This document shows positions 28,066 through 37,220 of a stretch of 60,595 bases of DNA, piece by piece (position 1 is the first letter of the stretch; every line of letters starts with the position of its first letter). The DNA comes from a virus (taxonomy: Duplodnaviria; Caudoviricetes): IMG/VR virus record IMGVR_UViG_3300042879_004465, positions 1 through 60,595 of that record; one strand, 5' to 3'. The notes under the pieces are model-generated. The model was given only the letters and a program-made list of their open reading frames with translations. It was not told the origin of the DNA and made no database searches. A program made the position numbers and the translations under genes.

Positions 28066-30048
28066 ATGGGAATTAGCGATATAGACCCCGGCACAAATTC
28101 AAATGCCATTCCATCGGCATTTGATCATTTTCCTATGCCTGAAGGTGCCCCTCCTTTAAATCAAACTGGAGAAAATAAATTAGTTTGCGGTTTTGTATTA
28201 GGAACTAGTACCACCACTGGAACAACGGGATGTGGTTTATATGCAATTTTAAGAGCTGCATACGACAACTTAGTAAATACTGCTGCTATTGCTAGCGGCG
28301 ATTCAAATAATAATTTATTTTTTAACAATCTAGACTGTTTTGCATTGCCCCCCGGAGAACTTCAAACAAAAAATCCAATTTTTATTATTTCTGATCTCTT
28401 TACATTAAGAAGTTCAATGAATGAACTACATAATAATATCAATTATTTGATATTCAGAGTTGATTATAATAGAGTGGATCCGAGCGGCAATTCTACATTT
28501 CCGCTTCAAGGGCAATTTTTAGCAGCTACCAATCCTAATTCAGTAAGACAATACAATTTTTATACAAATTATTTGTTTTATGGATCTTATACCGGAGCAG
28601 AAAACGTAAATCCCGGACAACCATTTCTAGGAACAGACCTGCCACTTGGGGATCTCATGGGTAATGGGATAACCGCCGCGTTTTCTTTTGCGAATCCAAA
28701 AGGCGATGGAGTTTTTAATCTCGGAGATGGATTTATATCAAGAGCAGGCTTAGAATTATTTGCTCTTTATAATTACTTAAAATATGGAGGAATTGCGGTA
28801 ATAGCATCCTCATATGAAGATTTATACAAGATTAAAGATAAAGAAATATTAAGTCCTGATTATTTGGATCCTGAACAGGTTGGGACAAGATACTCAATAG
28901 TACCAAATGGACTAGATTGCATATTGACGCTAGATAATACTTCCATGTTGACTGGCGTAAATAACACCAATAATTCAAACGATGATGGAATGGTCTATGG
29001 AGGAGCTTATTATGGAGCAAATACAACAGACGGCTTGACAATTTATAATTTAACTCAAGGTTTGTTGCCGGAATATCTAGGAAATAGTTTTTGCGGAAAT
29101 GGTTTTAGGGGAAATATATTTTCTTCCATTCTTGAACAAGAAAAAAATCCAGATACGTTGATGATTTTTCATGCGGGACTTTCGGGAGTTTCTTTTGCAT
29201 ATTCTCAAGACTTTTTGGATCAACCAGAACTTGGATTTCGGCATCCATCTACGGACGGAATTCAATTTTTATACAGACAAAGAGTTACGAATAGCAATTT
29301 TAATTCAAACCCCGGACTTACTCTTGGTACTTTAAATACAAATCAATTGCAACGCCTCTGTTGTGTCCCAGGCGTGAATAATTATAGATTTTACTGGACA
29401 GTAGATGGCGTACAAAATGGTACGGTAGTTGGAGGAGGGCCGGATGGAACTCTTTGGGTTCCTTGCTTGCACGTCGTTGAATTTGTGGGGCTTTTGAATT
29501 GGGTAAAGGACGTTCCATTTTCTGGTCAAATTTTTGAATCAAATATAGGTCAAGAATACAGAGTTCCAATTGTAGGATTTTTGCCTTTACCACCAAATCA
29601 AAAAGTTTCAAGTACTCAATATTCTGTATCGGGAACCGAATATAATACTCTCATTCCGAAAAGATTGAATGTATTGAGTCAGCAGGGATATTTTCCGACA
29701 GACTTGGTTGGAGCAACGGGCTCTTCGTTCGTGATAAGAAACAGAAGAAATGCTGAAACTCTTTATTCATTCGCGTACAAAAAAGCACTTGAAGTGGTCA
29801 ATCTTTTCATAGGGTCCAATTTCATAAATAATACGGAAACCAGAAACAGAGTAATAGAGGACATACAGATAGAATATGAAACAGTTTCCCTTAACAGGTA
29901 TTTGAGAAATCCTTATACAATAATATGCAACACAAGCAATAATACGCCAGGAAGTAGCAAATTGACAGTAGAAGTAACGATAACGCCAAAAATAACTCAA
30001 TTTCCGGGGGGCGGAATTCCCCTGAGATTCAAGTTAACAGGAGGATAA
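28066..30048 (+). CDS. Highly divergent tail sheath (gp18-like), paralog B
   Basis: Colinear with paralog A (MGNGITAAF, YLKYGG, TQGLLPE.LGN, IFHAGLSG, FRHPSTDG); C-terminal NNTETRNRV...YTIICNTSNNTP...LTVEVTITP. Confidence 0.7.
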   Translation: MGISDIDPGTNSNAIPSAFDHFPMPEGAPPLNQTGENKLVCGFVLGTSTTTGTTGCGLYAILRAAYDNLVNTAAIASGDSNNNLFFNNLDCFALPPGELQTKNPIFIISDLFTLRSSMNELHNNINYLIFRVDYNRVDPSGNSTFPLQGQFLAATNPNSVRQYNFYTNYLFYGSYTGAENVNPGQPFLGTDLPLGDLMGNGITAAFSFANPKGDGVFNLGDGFISRAGLELFALYNYLKYGGIAVIASSYEDLYKIKDKEILSPDYLDPEQVGTRYSIVPNGLDCILTLDNTSMLTGVNNTNNSNDDGMVYGGAYYGANTTDGLTIYNLTQGLLPEYLGNSFCGNGFRGNIFSSILEQEKNPDTLMIFHAGLSGVSFAYSQDFLDQPELGFRHPSTDGIQFLYRQRVTNSNFNSNPGLTLGTLNTNQLQRLCCVPGVNNYRFYWTVDGVQNGTVVGGGPDGTLWVPCLHVVEFVGLLNWVKDVPFSGQIFESNIGQEYRVPIVGFLPLPPNQKVSSTQYSVSGTEYNTLIPKRLNVLSQQGYFPTDLVGATGSSFVIRNRRNAETLYSFAYKKALEVVNLFIGSNFINNTETRNRVIEDIQIEYETVSLNRYLRNPYTIICNTSNNTPGSSKLTVEVTITPKITQFPGGGIPLRFKLTGG

Positions 30049-30049
30049 A

Positions 30050-30604
30050 ATGTCACAAACCATAGGAAATTTTAAATCCGGATTCAATGGAGGCACAAGA
30101 GCCAACAGGTTTAGCGTCGATATAACTTGGCCAGAAGGCGTGGGCAATTTATCGCCCGATACATTAGAATACCATGCGATTGCGGCGAAACTTCCGGAAG
30201 CAGAATTAGGAAGTATAGCAATTCCTTATAGAGGTCGTGTGGCATATTTTGCAGGAGACAGAGAGTACAAACCTTGGACGGTTACTATTTTGGACGATAC
30301 GGGAAGTAATGCTTCTTGGCTTGCATTTCACAAATGGACAAATTTATTAAGCGACAACGAAACCAACAAAGTAGATGATCCGAAGTATGTTAATACACAT
30401 AAAAGTATAATTTTCAAGCAATTACACGATCCAACTGTTTCAGATAGCACAGGGCATGAACCGATTCGTGTAATAACATTAACAAACGCTTGGCCGTCTG
30501 AAGTTGGACAAATTGCTTTGGACATGGGAGAAGGCGGCAATTTAGTTTCATATTCTGTAACTTTTTCTTATGATTATTATACTATAACAACAGGTCTTCA
30601 ATAA
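30050..30604 (+). CDS. gp19: Tail tube protein gp19, paralog A
   Basis: GGTRANRF, AAKLP, IPYRGRVAYFAGDREYKPWTVTILDD, NAWPSEVGQI, VTFSYDY. Confidence 0.9.
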   Translation: MSQTIGNFKSGFNGGTRANRFSVDITWPEGVGNLSPDTLEYHAIAAKLPEAELGSIAIPYRGRVAYFAGDREYKPWTVTILDDTGSNASWLAFHKWTNLLSDNETNKVDDPKYVNTHKSIIFKQLHDPTVSDSTGHEPIRVITLTNAWPSEVGQIALDMGEGGNLVSYSVTFSYDYYTITTGLQ

Positions 30605-30616
30605 TAAAGGAAAAAA

Positions 30617-31174
30617 ATGGATCTAGGAGCATTTAAATCAAATTTTTCTGGAGGAACTAGGGCAAATAGATTTTTAATTAGTGGAGGAATTGGCGGAAAT
30701 GCCGAATCACAAAAATTTCATACTTTTCATGTGCGGTCTACCTTTATTCCCCCAATTACGAATTTTGTTCTTAGCGTAGATGCTTATGGAAGAAAATTAA
30801 ATATTCCCGGAGACCGACAATATGCTCCTTGGCAATTAACAATTTATGATGATGTTGAAAGTGGAAATGAACAAAGCAATAATCCAAAGGAACTATGGAG
30901 ACTTTTTTCAAATTGGCATAATAACATCAATAGACACTCAAATAACACAACAGCCATAGCCGCACCATATACAAATTATAAAAATACTTGGACAATAGAA
31001 CACTTGGATTTAAATGGAAACACGAATTCTTTGAAAAAATTTATATTAAGAGGATGTTGGCCAAAATCTATCAGTGATATAGATTTTAATATGACTAGAA
31101 GAAATTTTTTAAATACTTTTTCCGTAATAATGCTATATGATGAAGTGGAAGTTGTTGGTGCTGGAGTATCATAA
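30617..31174 (+). CDS. gp19: Tail tube protein gp19, paralog B
   Basis: GGTRANRF, GRKLNIPGDRQYAPWQLTIYDD, LDLNG, GCWPKSISDIDF. Confidence 0.85.
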   Translation: MDLGAFKSNFSGGTRANRFLISGGIGGNAESQKFHTFHVRSTFIPPITNFVLSVDAYGRKLNIPGDRQYAPWQLTIYDDVESGNEQSNNPKELWRLFSNWHNNINRHSNNTTAIAAPYTNYKNTWTIEHLDLNGNTNSLKKFILRGCWPKSISDIDFNMTRRNFLNTFSVIMLYDEVEVVGAGVS

Positions 31175-31193
31175 GGATCCTAATAAAAATACT

Positions 31194-31200
31194 CTAAATA
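31194..31200 (+). promoter_or_regulatory. Late promoter CTAAATA for the head genes
   Basis: 15 nt before the gp20 ATG. Confidence 0.65.
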
Positions 31201-31215
31201 TTGTGAAAGATTAAT

Positions 31216-32787
31216 ATGTCAATAGAAATGTTTGGATTCGAATTCGGCAAAAGAAAATCAGAGGAAACTCTGAGGTCTGAGTTATTGACTGGACCAAAGC
31301 GATTAATTGCCAAAGAAGAATTTGACGGGACAGTAGCGGTAGAAGCTGGTGGCGTATTCGGCACTTATATCGATTACTCCACCGTATTGAAAGATGAAAA
31401 TGCCAACATAATTCAATACAGAAACATGTCTCTTTATCCGGAAGTGGACGCGGCAATAGATGAGATCGTCAATGCATCTATTGTGTGGGGGACCGACAGA
31501 AAACCAATAAAGCTAGATCTTACGGAAGTTCCTCTGTCCGACCAAGTGAAGAGAAAGGTAATTTATAGCTACGAGAGAATCCTCAAGATGATGGATTTCA
31601 ACTCAAAAGCGTATGAAGTTTATCGTCGTTGGTACGTTGACAGCAAACTTTTTTATTATATCATCATAGATGAAAAAAATCCAAGAGACGGAATACAGGA
31701 ACTGATTCCCTTGGATCCACTGAAGACCAAAAAAATCAAAAACATCCAGAAAGAACCCGCCGGGATCAATGCTGGTATGGTTCCTTTGATCAAAAACGTA
31801 GAGGAATTCTATGTCTATTCAAACACGGACAAAGATTCTTACCTGACCACCCCAAATCAAGGAGTCAGAATTTCAAAGGATGCAATTGGTTATGTTCACT
31901 CAGGCATCATAGATCTTAACACGAAGAGAGTAATTGGGTATCTTCACAAGGCAATCCGCCCCGTCAACATGCTTAGGCAGCTGGAAGATGCGCTCATGGT
32001 CTACCGCGTTGCAAGAGCACCAGAACGCAGAGCGTTTTACGTTGACGTTGGCCAGCTTCCGAAACAAAAAGCAGAGCAATATTTAAGAGACATGATGTCT
32101 CGATTCAGAAACAAGATAGTTTATAATCAAGGAACAGGTGAAATTAAAGATGATAAAAACCATTTGTCGATTCTTGAGGATTATTGGATTCCCCGTAGGG
32201 AAGGCTCCAGAGGAACCGAAATTTCGGTGCTGCCGGGGGGCCAAGCAATGTCCCAGATTGAAGACGTCGAATACTTCAAAAAGAAGTTGTACTCGGCACT
32301 CAACGTGCCGACGAGTAGATTAGACAACAATAGCGGTTTTAATATGGGCAGAACCACGGAGATCTCAAGAGAAGAACTTAAATTCTATAAGTTTATTGAA
32401 AGACTTCGTCACCAGTTTGCCCAAATTTTCATGCATCTCCTGAAAGTAGAACTTCTATTGACGGGAACTCTTACGGAAGATGACTGGAACTCAATCAAGT
32501 ATTACATTCAGTTCAAGTTCAATACCGACAATTATTTCTGGGATTTGAAAGAAGCAGAAATTTTATCGGAAAGATTGAAAATGGTTGGCGTGGCAGAATC
32601 TTTTGTCGGAAAATATTTCTCACAAAATTACATCAAAAAGAACATCTTGCGGTTCACCGATGAAGAAAACAAGTTGATGAATAGTGAAATGCAAGAAGAT
32701 GCCATGAAAATGCAGGCACAACAAATGGCTGCTGCTCAGGCGCAGCAAGCTGCAGGAATTCCTCCAGAAGAAGGGGCTCCCCAGTAA
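31216..32787 (+). CDS. gp20: Portal protein gp20
   Basis: YPEVDAAIDEIVN, RRWYVD, YLHKAI, EDALMVYRVARAPERRAFYVDVG, EDYWIPRREG.RGTEI. Confidence 0.97.
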   Translation: MSIEMFGFEFGKRKSEETLRSELLTGPKRLIAKEEFDGTVAVEAGGVFGTYIDYSTVLKDENANIIQYRNMSLYPEVDAAIDEIVNASIVWGTDRKPIKLDLTEVPLSDQVKRKVIYSYERILKMMDFNSKAYEVYRRWYVDSKLFYYIIIDEKNPRDGIQELIPLDPLKTKKIKNIQKEPAGINAGMVPLIKNVEEFYVYSNTDKDSYLTTPNQGVRISKDAIGYVHSGIIDLNTKRVIGYLHKAIRPVNMLRQLEDALMVYRVARAPERRAFYVDVGQLPKQKAEQYLRDMMSRFRNKIVYNQGTGEIKDDKNHLSILEDYWIPRREGSRGTEISVLPGGQAMSQIEDVEYFKKKLYSALNVPTSRLDNNSGFNMGRTTEISREELKFYKFIERLRHQFAQIFMHLLKVELLLTGTLTEDDWNSIKYYIQFKFNTDNYFWDLKEAEILSERLKMVGVAESFVGKYFSQNYIKKNILRFTDEENKLMNSEMQEDAMKMQAQQMAAAQAQQAAGIPPEEGAPQ

Positions 32788-33212
32788 TGCTGTCACCTCT
32801 GAGAGTTCAAAAATTAGTAGAAAATTTGGCAGAGGGCGAAGAAGATCTATTCAAACTAGGTCTTTTGAACGAATTGAATATAAGAAAGCAGGATCTGTGC
32901 AGGCAGCTATCTTCTGCAATTTTCGAACAATTCAATAAAATTAATGAATCTTCGGAATTCGTTGAAAACAAAAATGTTCAAAAATTAATAAAACTTTCAG
33001 AAGAAGCAAAAAAGAATAAATCAATAAAAATTGAATTTAAAAATGCTTCGATTATAAATATTTCAGAATCGGATTTTGCGTCAATAAAACTTTTGTTCGA
33101 CAACTTAAACGACAAAAACAAAGTAATATTGGCCAAAAATTTGTTTGAGGAACCAAGTTATTTTAAGCGAACCTTGGAGTTCGCAAAACAGATCAAAGGA
33201 TTAATCACATGA
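32787..33212 (+). CDS. Putative prohead core-associated protein
   Basis: Between portal and protease; helical; C-terminal FKN...LFDNLNDKNK...F...LEFAK pattern. Confidence 0.5.
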   Translation: MLSPLRVQKLVENLAEGEEDLFKLGLLNELNIRKQDLCRQLSSAIFEQFNKINESSEFVENKNVQKLIKLSEEAKKNKSIKIEFKNASIINISESDFASIKLLFDNLNDKNKVILAKNLFEEPSYFKRTLEFAKQIKGLIT

Positions 33213-33499
33213 GCGACAAATTCACCCTAATCGAATCCATCGTAAACGAAAATGCAGTTGACTTTCGCGAGATCGTCAACAAGGTTTTGTTGGAAAAACT
33301 CGCAACCAAGTTAGATGACCAATACAAGGTTGCCGCAAAGAACATGTTTGTTCTCTCCGAAGAGGAAGAAGCCGAAGAAGAGCTTGAATCAGAGGAAGAG
33401 GAAACAGAGGAAGAAACCGAGGAAGAAATGGAAGAAGTCCCTGAACAGGCTCCTGCCCCCGGTGGTTCCCGCGTAAGACAAAGCTACGGAGCATACTGA
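33209..33499 (+). CDS. Prohead core protein (gp67-like, acidic)
   Basis: LIESIVNENAVDF...KLATKL...AKNMF followed by a poly-Glu tract; directly upstream of gp21. Confidence 0.65.
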   Translation: MSDKFTLIESIVNENAVDFREIVNKVLLEKLATKLDDQYKVAAKNMFVLSEEEEAEEELESEEEETEEETEEEMEEVPEQAPAPGGSRVRQSYGAY

Positions 33500-33501
33500 T
33501 C

Positions 33502-34146
33502 ATGAAACTCATCACCGAACTGGTAGAAGACGTAAAGTACATTCAAGAAGACTCCGGTAACGGTGGTAAGGATTATTACATTGAGGGAGTCTTTCTTCAG
33601 AGCGAAGTAAAAAATCGCAATGGAAGAGTTTATCCCACTCCCACTTTGGTAAAAGAGTGCCGTAGATACATCAAAGAATATGTCGATAAGGGCAGAGCCT
33701 TGGGTGAATTGAACCATCCAACTGGCCCAACCGTCAATTTGGATCGCGTCTCCCACATGGTAAAGTCGCTCAACGAATCAGGTAGAGACATGATTGGACG
33801 TGCCAAGGTCCTAGGCACCCCGATGGGAAATATCGTCAAAAATTTGATCAACGAAGGTGCCAAACTTGGCGTGTCCAGTCGTGGCATGGGATCTTTGGCG
33901 GCAAGAAACGGATATCAAGAAGTCCAAGAAGATTTCATGCTTGCTGCAATTGACATCGTAGCCGATCCTTCTGCCCCGAATGCTTTCGTCAACGGAATCA
34001 TGGAAGGCAAGGAATGGGTATGGGACAATGGTATTTTGAAGTCCCAAGAAATTGAAAAATACCAAAGAACCATTGCCAAGAGTTCTTCCAGAAACTTGGA
34101 AAGAAACATGATCAAGGTATTTGAGCACTTCTTAAGAAGCATATGA
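33502..34146 (+). CDS. gp21: Prohead protease gp21
   Basis: MKLITE, IEGVFLQ, NRNGRVYP, ALGELNHP, LGVSSRGMGS, DIVADPSAPNAFV. Confidence 0.97.
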   Translation: MKLITELVEDVKYIQEDSGNGGKDYYIEGVFLQSEVKNRNGRVYPTPTLVKECRRYIKEYVDKGRALGELNHPTGPTVNLDRVSHMVKSLNESGRDMIGRAKVLGTPMGNIVKNLINEGAKLGVSSRGMGSLAARNGYQEVQEDFMLAAIDIVADPSAPNAFVNGIMEGKEWVWDNGILKSQEIEKYQRTIAKSSSRNLERNMIKVFEHFLRSI

Positions 34147-34625
34147 GAAAAGACTCTCAAAAATTAATTCAATATATTTACGAGCGCATCGATGATGGCG
34201 CTGATGTCGTTTCTACGTCCAGAACAACCAATACCCCTAAAAAAGCCGTTTCTTCTGCTCCCCCGAGAGAAAGAAATAAAAACATACTGATTGATCCAAA
34301 ATTAATGGGTAAAGAGTTTGGCGCAGGCATCGGAAAAGAAGAAGTGGCAACTGCTCTTTCATATACCACAATTCCATATAAAACTTTTGCGGCAGTCGGT
34401 GGATTGGGCGGCGGATTGTTAACGGCGGCAAAACAAGTATTGAACGCGCCCAAAAGAGCAGAACAAGAAGTCAAGGCACAACAAGAAGCCATAAGAAACA
34501 TGACAGGCGTTGAAAATTATTACAAAAATTTGGGAATCAAGCCAATACCGATGCACCAAAAAGGCGAAAGTTCTTTGGATACTTTGAAATCTCTTTTGGG
34601 TCTTCCGGTTTCCAAGAAAAAGTAA
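34143..34625 (+). CDS. Hypothetical basic protein inserted between gp21 and gp22
   Basis: 160 aa ORF with ATGA overlap and Gly-rich segment FAAVGGLGGGLLTAAK. Confidence 0.6.
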   Translation: MRKDSQKLIQYIYERIDDGADVVSTSRTTNTPKKAVSSAPPRERNKNILIDPKLMGKEFGAGIGKEEVATALSYTTIPYKTFAAVGGLGGGLLTAAKQVLNAPKRAEQEVKAQQEAIRNMTGVENYYKNLGIKPIPMHQKGESSLDTLKSLLGLPVSKKK

Positions 34626-34668
34626 TTTTGGTGGGTAAATATTTATTTCAATCAAATTAAAAAATTAA

Positions 34669-34675
34669 CTAAATA
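34669..34675 (+). promoter_or_regulatory. Late promoter CTAAATA for gp22
   Basis: Upstream of SD AAGGA and the ATG at 34697. Confidence 0.65.
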
Positions 34676-34696
34676 CTAAAGCATAAAGGATCTTAA

Positions 34697-35671
34697 ATGA
34701 GCGACAAACTGACAAACGAATACCTAATGAATGTTATTAAGGAAAACGTTGCTCCTGCCGTACACGACGTAAATGGCAAGGGCGCGTTCGCCGTAAATGG
34801 TGCAACCCCAATGAAGGTTGAACCAGTAGCACAACCCGGAACCGCCATGGCCAATCAAGCATCGCTGGCTCCCCGTGGTATGGCTCCCCAAACCATGGCT
34901 CCAGTTGCCAAAGAAGAAGAGGAAGAAGAAGAGGAAATGGCCGAAGCAGTAGAATTCGAACAAAGCCTCCGTTCTCTCCTTGGCGAAGTAAATCTTTCAG
35001 AAGAATTCTTCGTTCAAGTCAAGACTCTCTTTGAGGCAGCAGTTGACCAAAAATTGAAGGCTGTCGCGGAGGAAATCGCCCCTGCCCTTCAAGAAGAATT
35101 CGAAAACAAGCTTGGAACCATCACCGTAAACCTCACCGAGAAGATCGATGATTATCTAGATTACGTAGTTGAGGAATGGATGCAGGACAACAAGCTTGCC
35201 GTAGAAACCGGAATCAAGTCCACCTTGGCAGAAAACTTCATCGTCGGCCTCAAGAAACTTTTTGAGATGCACTATGTTGACGTTCCTGCCGAGAAGTACA
35301 ACGTTCTTGATGGTCTGTATGAGCAAGCCAACTCGCTCCAAGGAGACCTCAATGAAGTTCTACGCGAAAACATCGAACTAAAGAAGCAACTTCTCGTTTC
35401 AGAGTGCGCCGGAATCTTTGTCGCTGAGACAAAGGATTTGGCTGATACTCAAGTTGAGAAGCTTGCATCACTGATCGAAAACATTGAATTTGTCAATGTT
35501 GACGATTATCGTACCAAACTTTTAACCCTCAAGGAGCATTATCTTGGCGGAAAAGCAGTAATTTCGGAACAGCCAGAAGCCGAAGCTACATTCAGCAAAG
35601 CCAACTCTGTACCAACCACTCTAATCGAGAGCTACAGCAGCACTTTGTCAAGACTGGCTAGAAAACTTTAA
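34697..35671 (+). CDS. gp22: Prohead scaffold protein gp22
   Basis: LSEEF...TLFEAAV, KIDDYLDYVVEEWMQDNKLAVETGIK, GLKKLF..HYVDVP, LADTQVEKLASL. Confidence 0.95.
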   Translation: MSDKLTNEYLMNVIKENVAPAVHDVNGKGAFAVNGATPMKVEPVAQPGTAMANQASLAPRGMAPQTMAPVAKEEEEEEEEMAEAVEFEQSLRSLLGEVNLSEEFFVQVKTLFEAAVDQKLKAVAEEIAPALQEEFENKLGTITVNLTEKIDDYLDYVVEEWMQDNKLAVETGIKSTLAENFIVGLKKLFEMHYVDVPAEKYNVLDGLYEQANSLQGDLNEVLRENIELKKQLLVSECAGIFVAETKDLADTQVEKLASLIENIEFVNVDDYRTKLLTLKEHYLGGKAVISEQPEAEATFSKANSVPTTLIESYSSTLSRLARKL

Positions 35672-35674
35672 TCA

Positions 35675-35681
35675 CTAAATA
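35675..35681 (+). promoter_or_regulatory. Late promoter CTAAATA for the major capsid gene
   Basis: Between gp22 and gp23, followed by SD CAGGAG. Confidence 0.7.
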
Positions 35682-35710
35682 ATTAAAATTCACAGGAGAA
35701 AAACACTAAA

Positions 35711-37141
35711 ATGAGCTTTCAAGACAACACCCCATACGACATTCTAACCGAAAAGTGGGACCCCGTCCTCAAGCATGAGGCACTCCCTTCAATCGGCAAC
35801 GAATGGAAGACAAAAGTTACCGCAGTCCTTCTTGAGAACCAAGAACAGGCCATGCGCGATCAGTATCTCACCGAGAACAGCATGACCACCGGAAGCGACA
35901 TCGGCAGCGCAGTTGCATCGACCGCAGCAGGCGGCGTCCGTGGTTATGATCCGATCCTCATCAGCTTGGTTCGTCGCGCCATGCCCAATCTCATGGCATA
36001 CGACATCTGCGGCGTTCAGCCAATGACCGCACCGACCGGTTTGATCTTCGCCATGCGCTCCAAGTATGGTCCCGGATCAGCCAATGCCATCACCAACGAA
36101 GCCATGTTCCAAGAGCCCGATGCTCGCTTCTCAGGTGCAAGCGGTACTTCAGGCGGCTTCACTGCTGCTGGTGGTACTTCACCTTCCACCATCGGCGTAA
36201 ATCCGACCTCCTCAAGCGCAGGATTTGCTAACGCCAAGAACTCAACTGCTTTCAACAGTGCTCGCGCAATGTTGACCAGCGCTGGTGAAGGTCTATCGTT
36301 TGGTGCTGCTTCAACTGCCACTAACGTTCTTAATCAGATGTCATTCACGATTGACCGTGTTGCAGTAGCAGCAGGCACCCGTGCTCTGTCATCCGGTTAC
36401 ACCGTTGAATTGGCACAAGACCTCAAGGCTGTTCACGGTCTCGATGCTGAAGCTGAACTTGCCAACCTTCTCAGCACAGAAATTCTTGCTGAAATCAACC
36501 GCGAAGTCGTCCGCACAATCTACTGGGTTGCCCGTGATGGTTCGCAACAAAGCGACATCACAGCCAAAGGCACCTATAACCTCGACTTGGATTCAGACGG
36601 TCGTTGGTCAGCCGAGCGCTTCCGTGGCTTGGTATTCCAAATCGAGCGTGAGTGCAATGCAATCGCCAAGGAAACCCGTCGTGGTAAGGGCAACTTCGTC
36701 ATCGTCTCAAGCGATGTCGCCAGCGCCCTCGCAATGTCAGGCTTCCTCAACCTCTCACCAGCCCTCAACACCCAATTGGCTGTTGATGACACTGGCAGCA
36801 CCTTTGCTGGTTTGCTCAATGGCAAGCTTCGCGTCTACATTGATCCGTATTCTCAATTAGGCGTAAACTTCTTCTGCGCAGGCTATAAGGGCGAATCACC
36901 GTATGATGCAGGTATCTTCTACTGCCCATACGTCCCCCTGCAAATGATGAGAGCAATCACTCCCGATACCTTCCAGCCCCGCATCGCCTTCAAGACCCGC
37001 TACGGCATGGTAGCTAACCCCTACGTCTTGAAGACCGATGGTACTCCCTATGGTTCAGACTTCTCAACCCAGTCTGGCGCCAATCAGTACTACCGTCTCA
37101 CCAGCGTAACTGGTCTCCACGGTAACACCTACGGAGCATAA
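35711..37141 (+). CDS. gp23: Major capsid protein gp23
   Basis: EKWDPVL, DPILISLVRRAMPNLMAYDICGVQPMTAPTGLIFAMR, ELAQDLKAVHGLDAEAEL, FYCPYVPL, FQPRIAFKTRYG. Confidence 0.98.
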   Translation: MSFQDNTPYDILTEKWDPVLKHEALPSIGNEWKTKVTAVLLENQEQAMRDQYLTENSMTTGSDIGSAVASTAAGGVRGYDPILISLVRRAMPNLMAYDICGVQPMTAPTGLIFAMRSKYGPGSANAITNEAMFQEPDARFSGASGTSGGFTAAGGTSPSTIGVNPTSSSAGFANAKNSTAFNSARAMLTSAGEGLSFGAASTATNVLNQMSFTIDRVAVAAGTRALSSGYTVELAQDLKAVHGLDAEAELANLLSTEILAEINREVVRTIYWVARDGSQQSDITAKGTYNLDLDSDGRWSAERFRGLVFQIERECNAIAKETRRGKGNFVIVSSDVASALAMSGFLNLSPALNTQLAVDDTGSTFAGLLNGKLRVYIDPYSQLGVNFFCAGYKGESPYDAGIFYCPYVPLQMMRAITPDTFQPRIAFKTRYGMVANPYVLKTDGTPYGSDFSTQSGANQYYRLTSVTGLHGNTYGA

Positions 37142-37164
37142 TCCTAGGTAGCTGAGTAGTCACT

Positions 37165-37197
37165 AAAAAACCCTCGGGCCAAAAGCCCGAGGGTTTT
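37165..37197. terminator. Bidirectional intrinsic terminator
   Basis: AAAACCCTCGGGC-CAAAA-GCCCGAGGGTTTT between convergent gp23 and gp3. Confidence 0.88.
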
Positions 37198-37220
37198 CAT
37201 TTGTTTAAATGTTTTTTGGA

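Noticed and set aside
33360-33440. GAA/GAG-rich tract
   Set aside because: Encodes the ordinary poly-Glu region of a prohead core protein.
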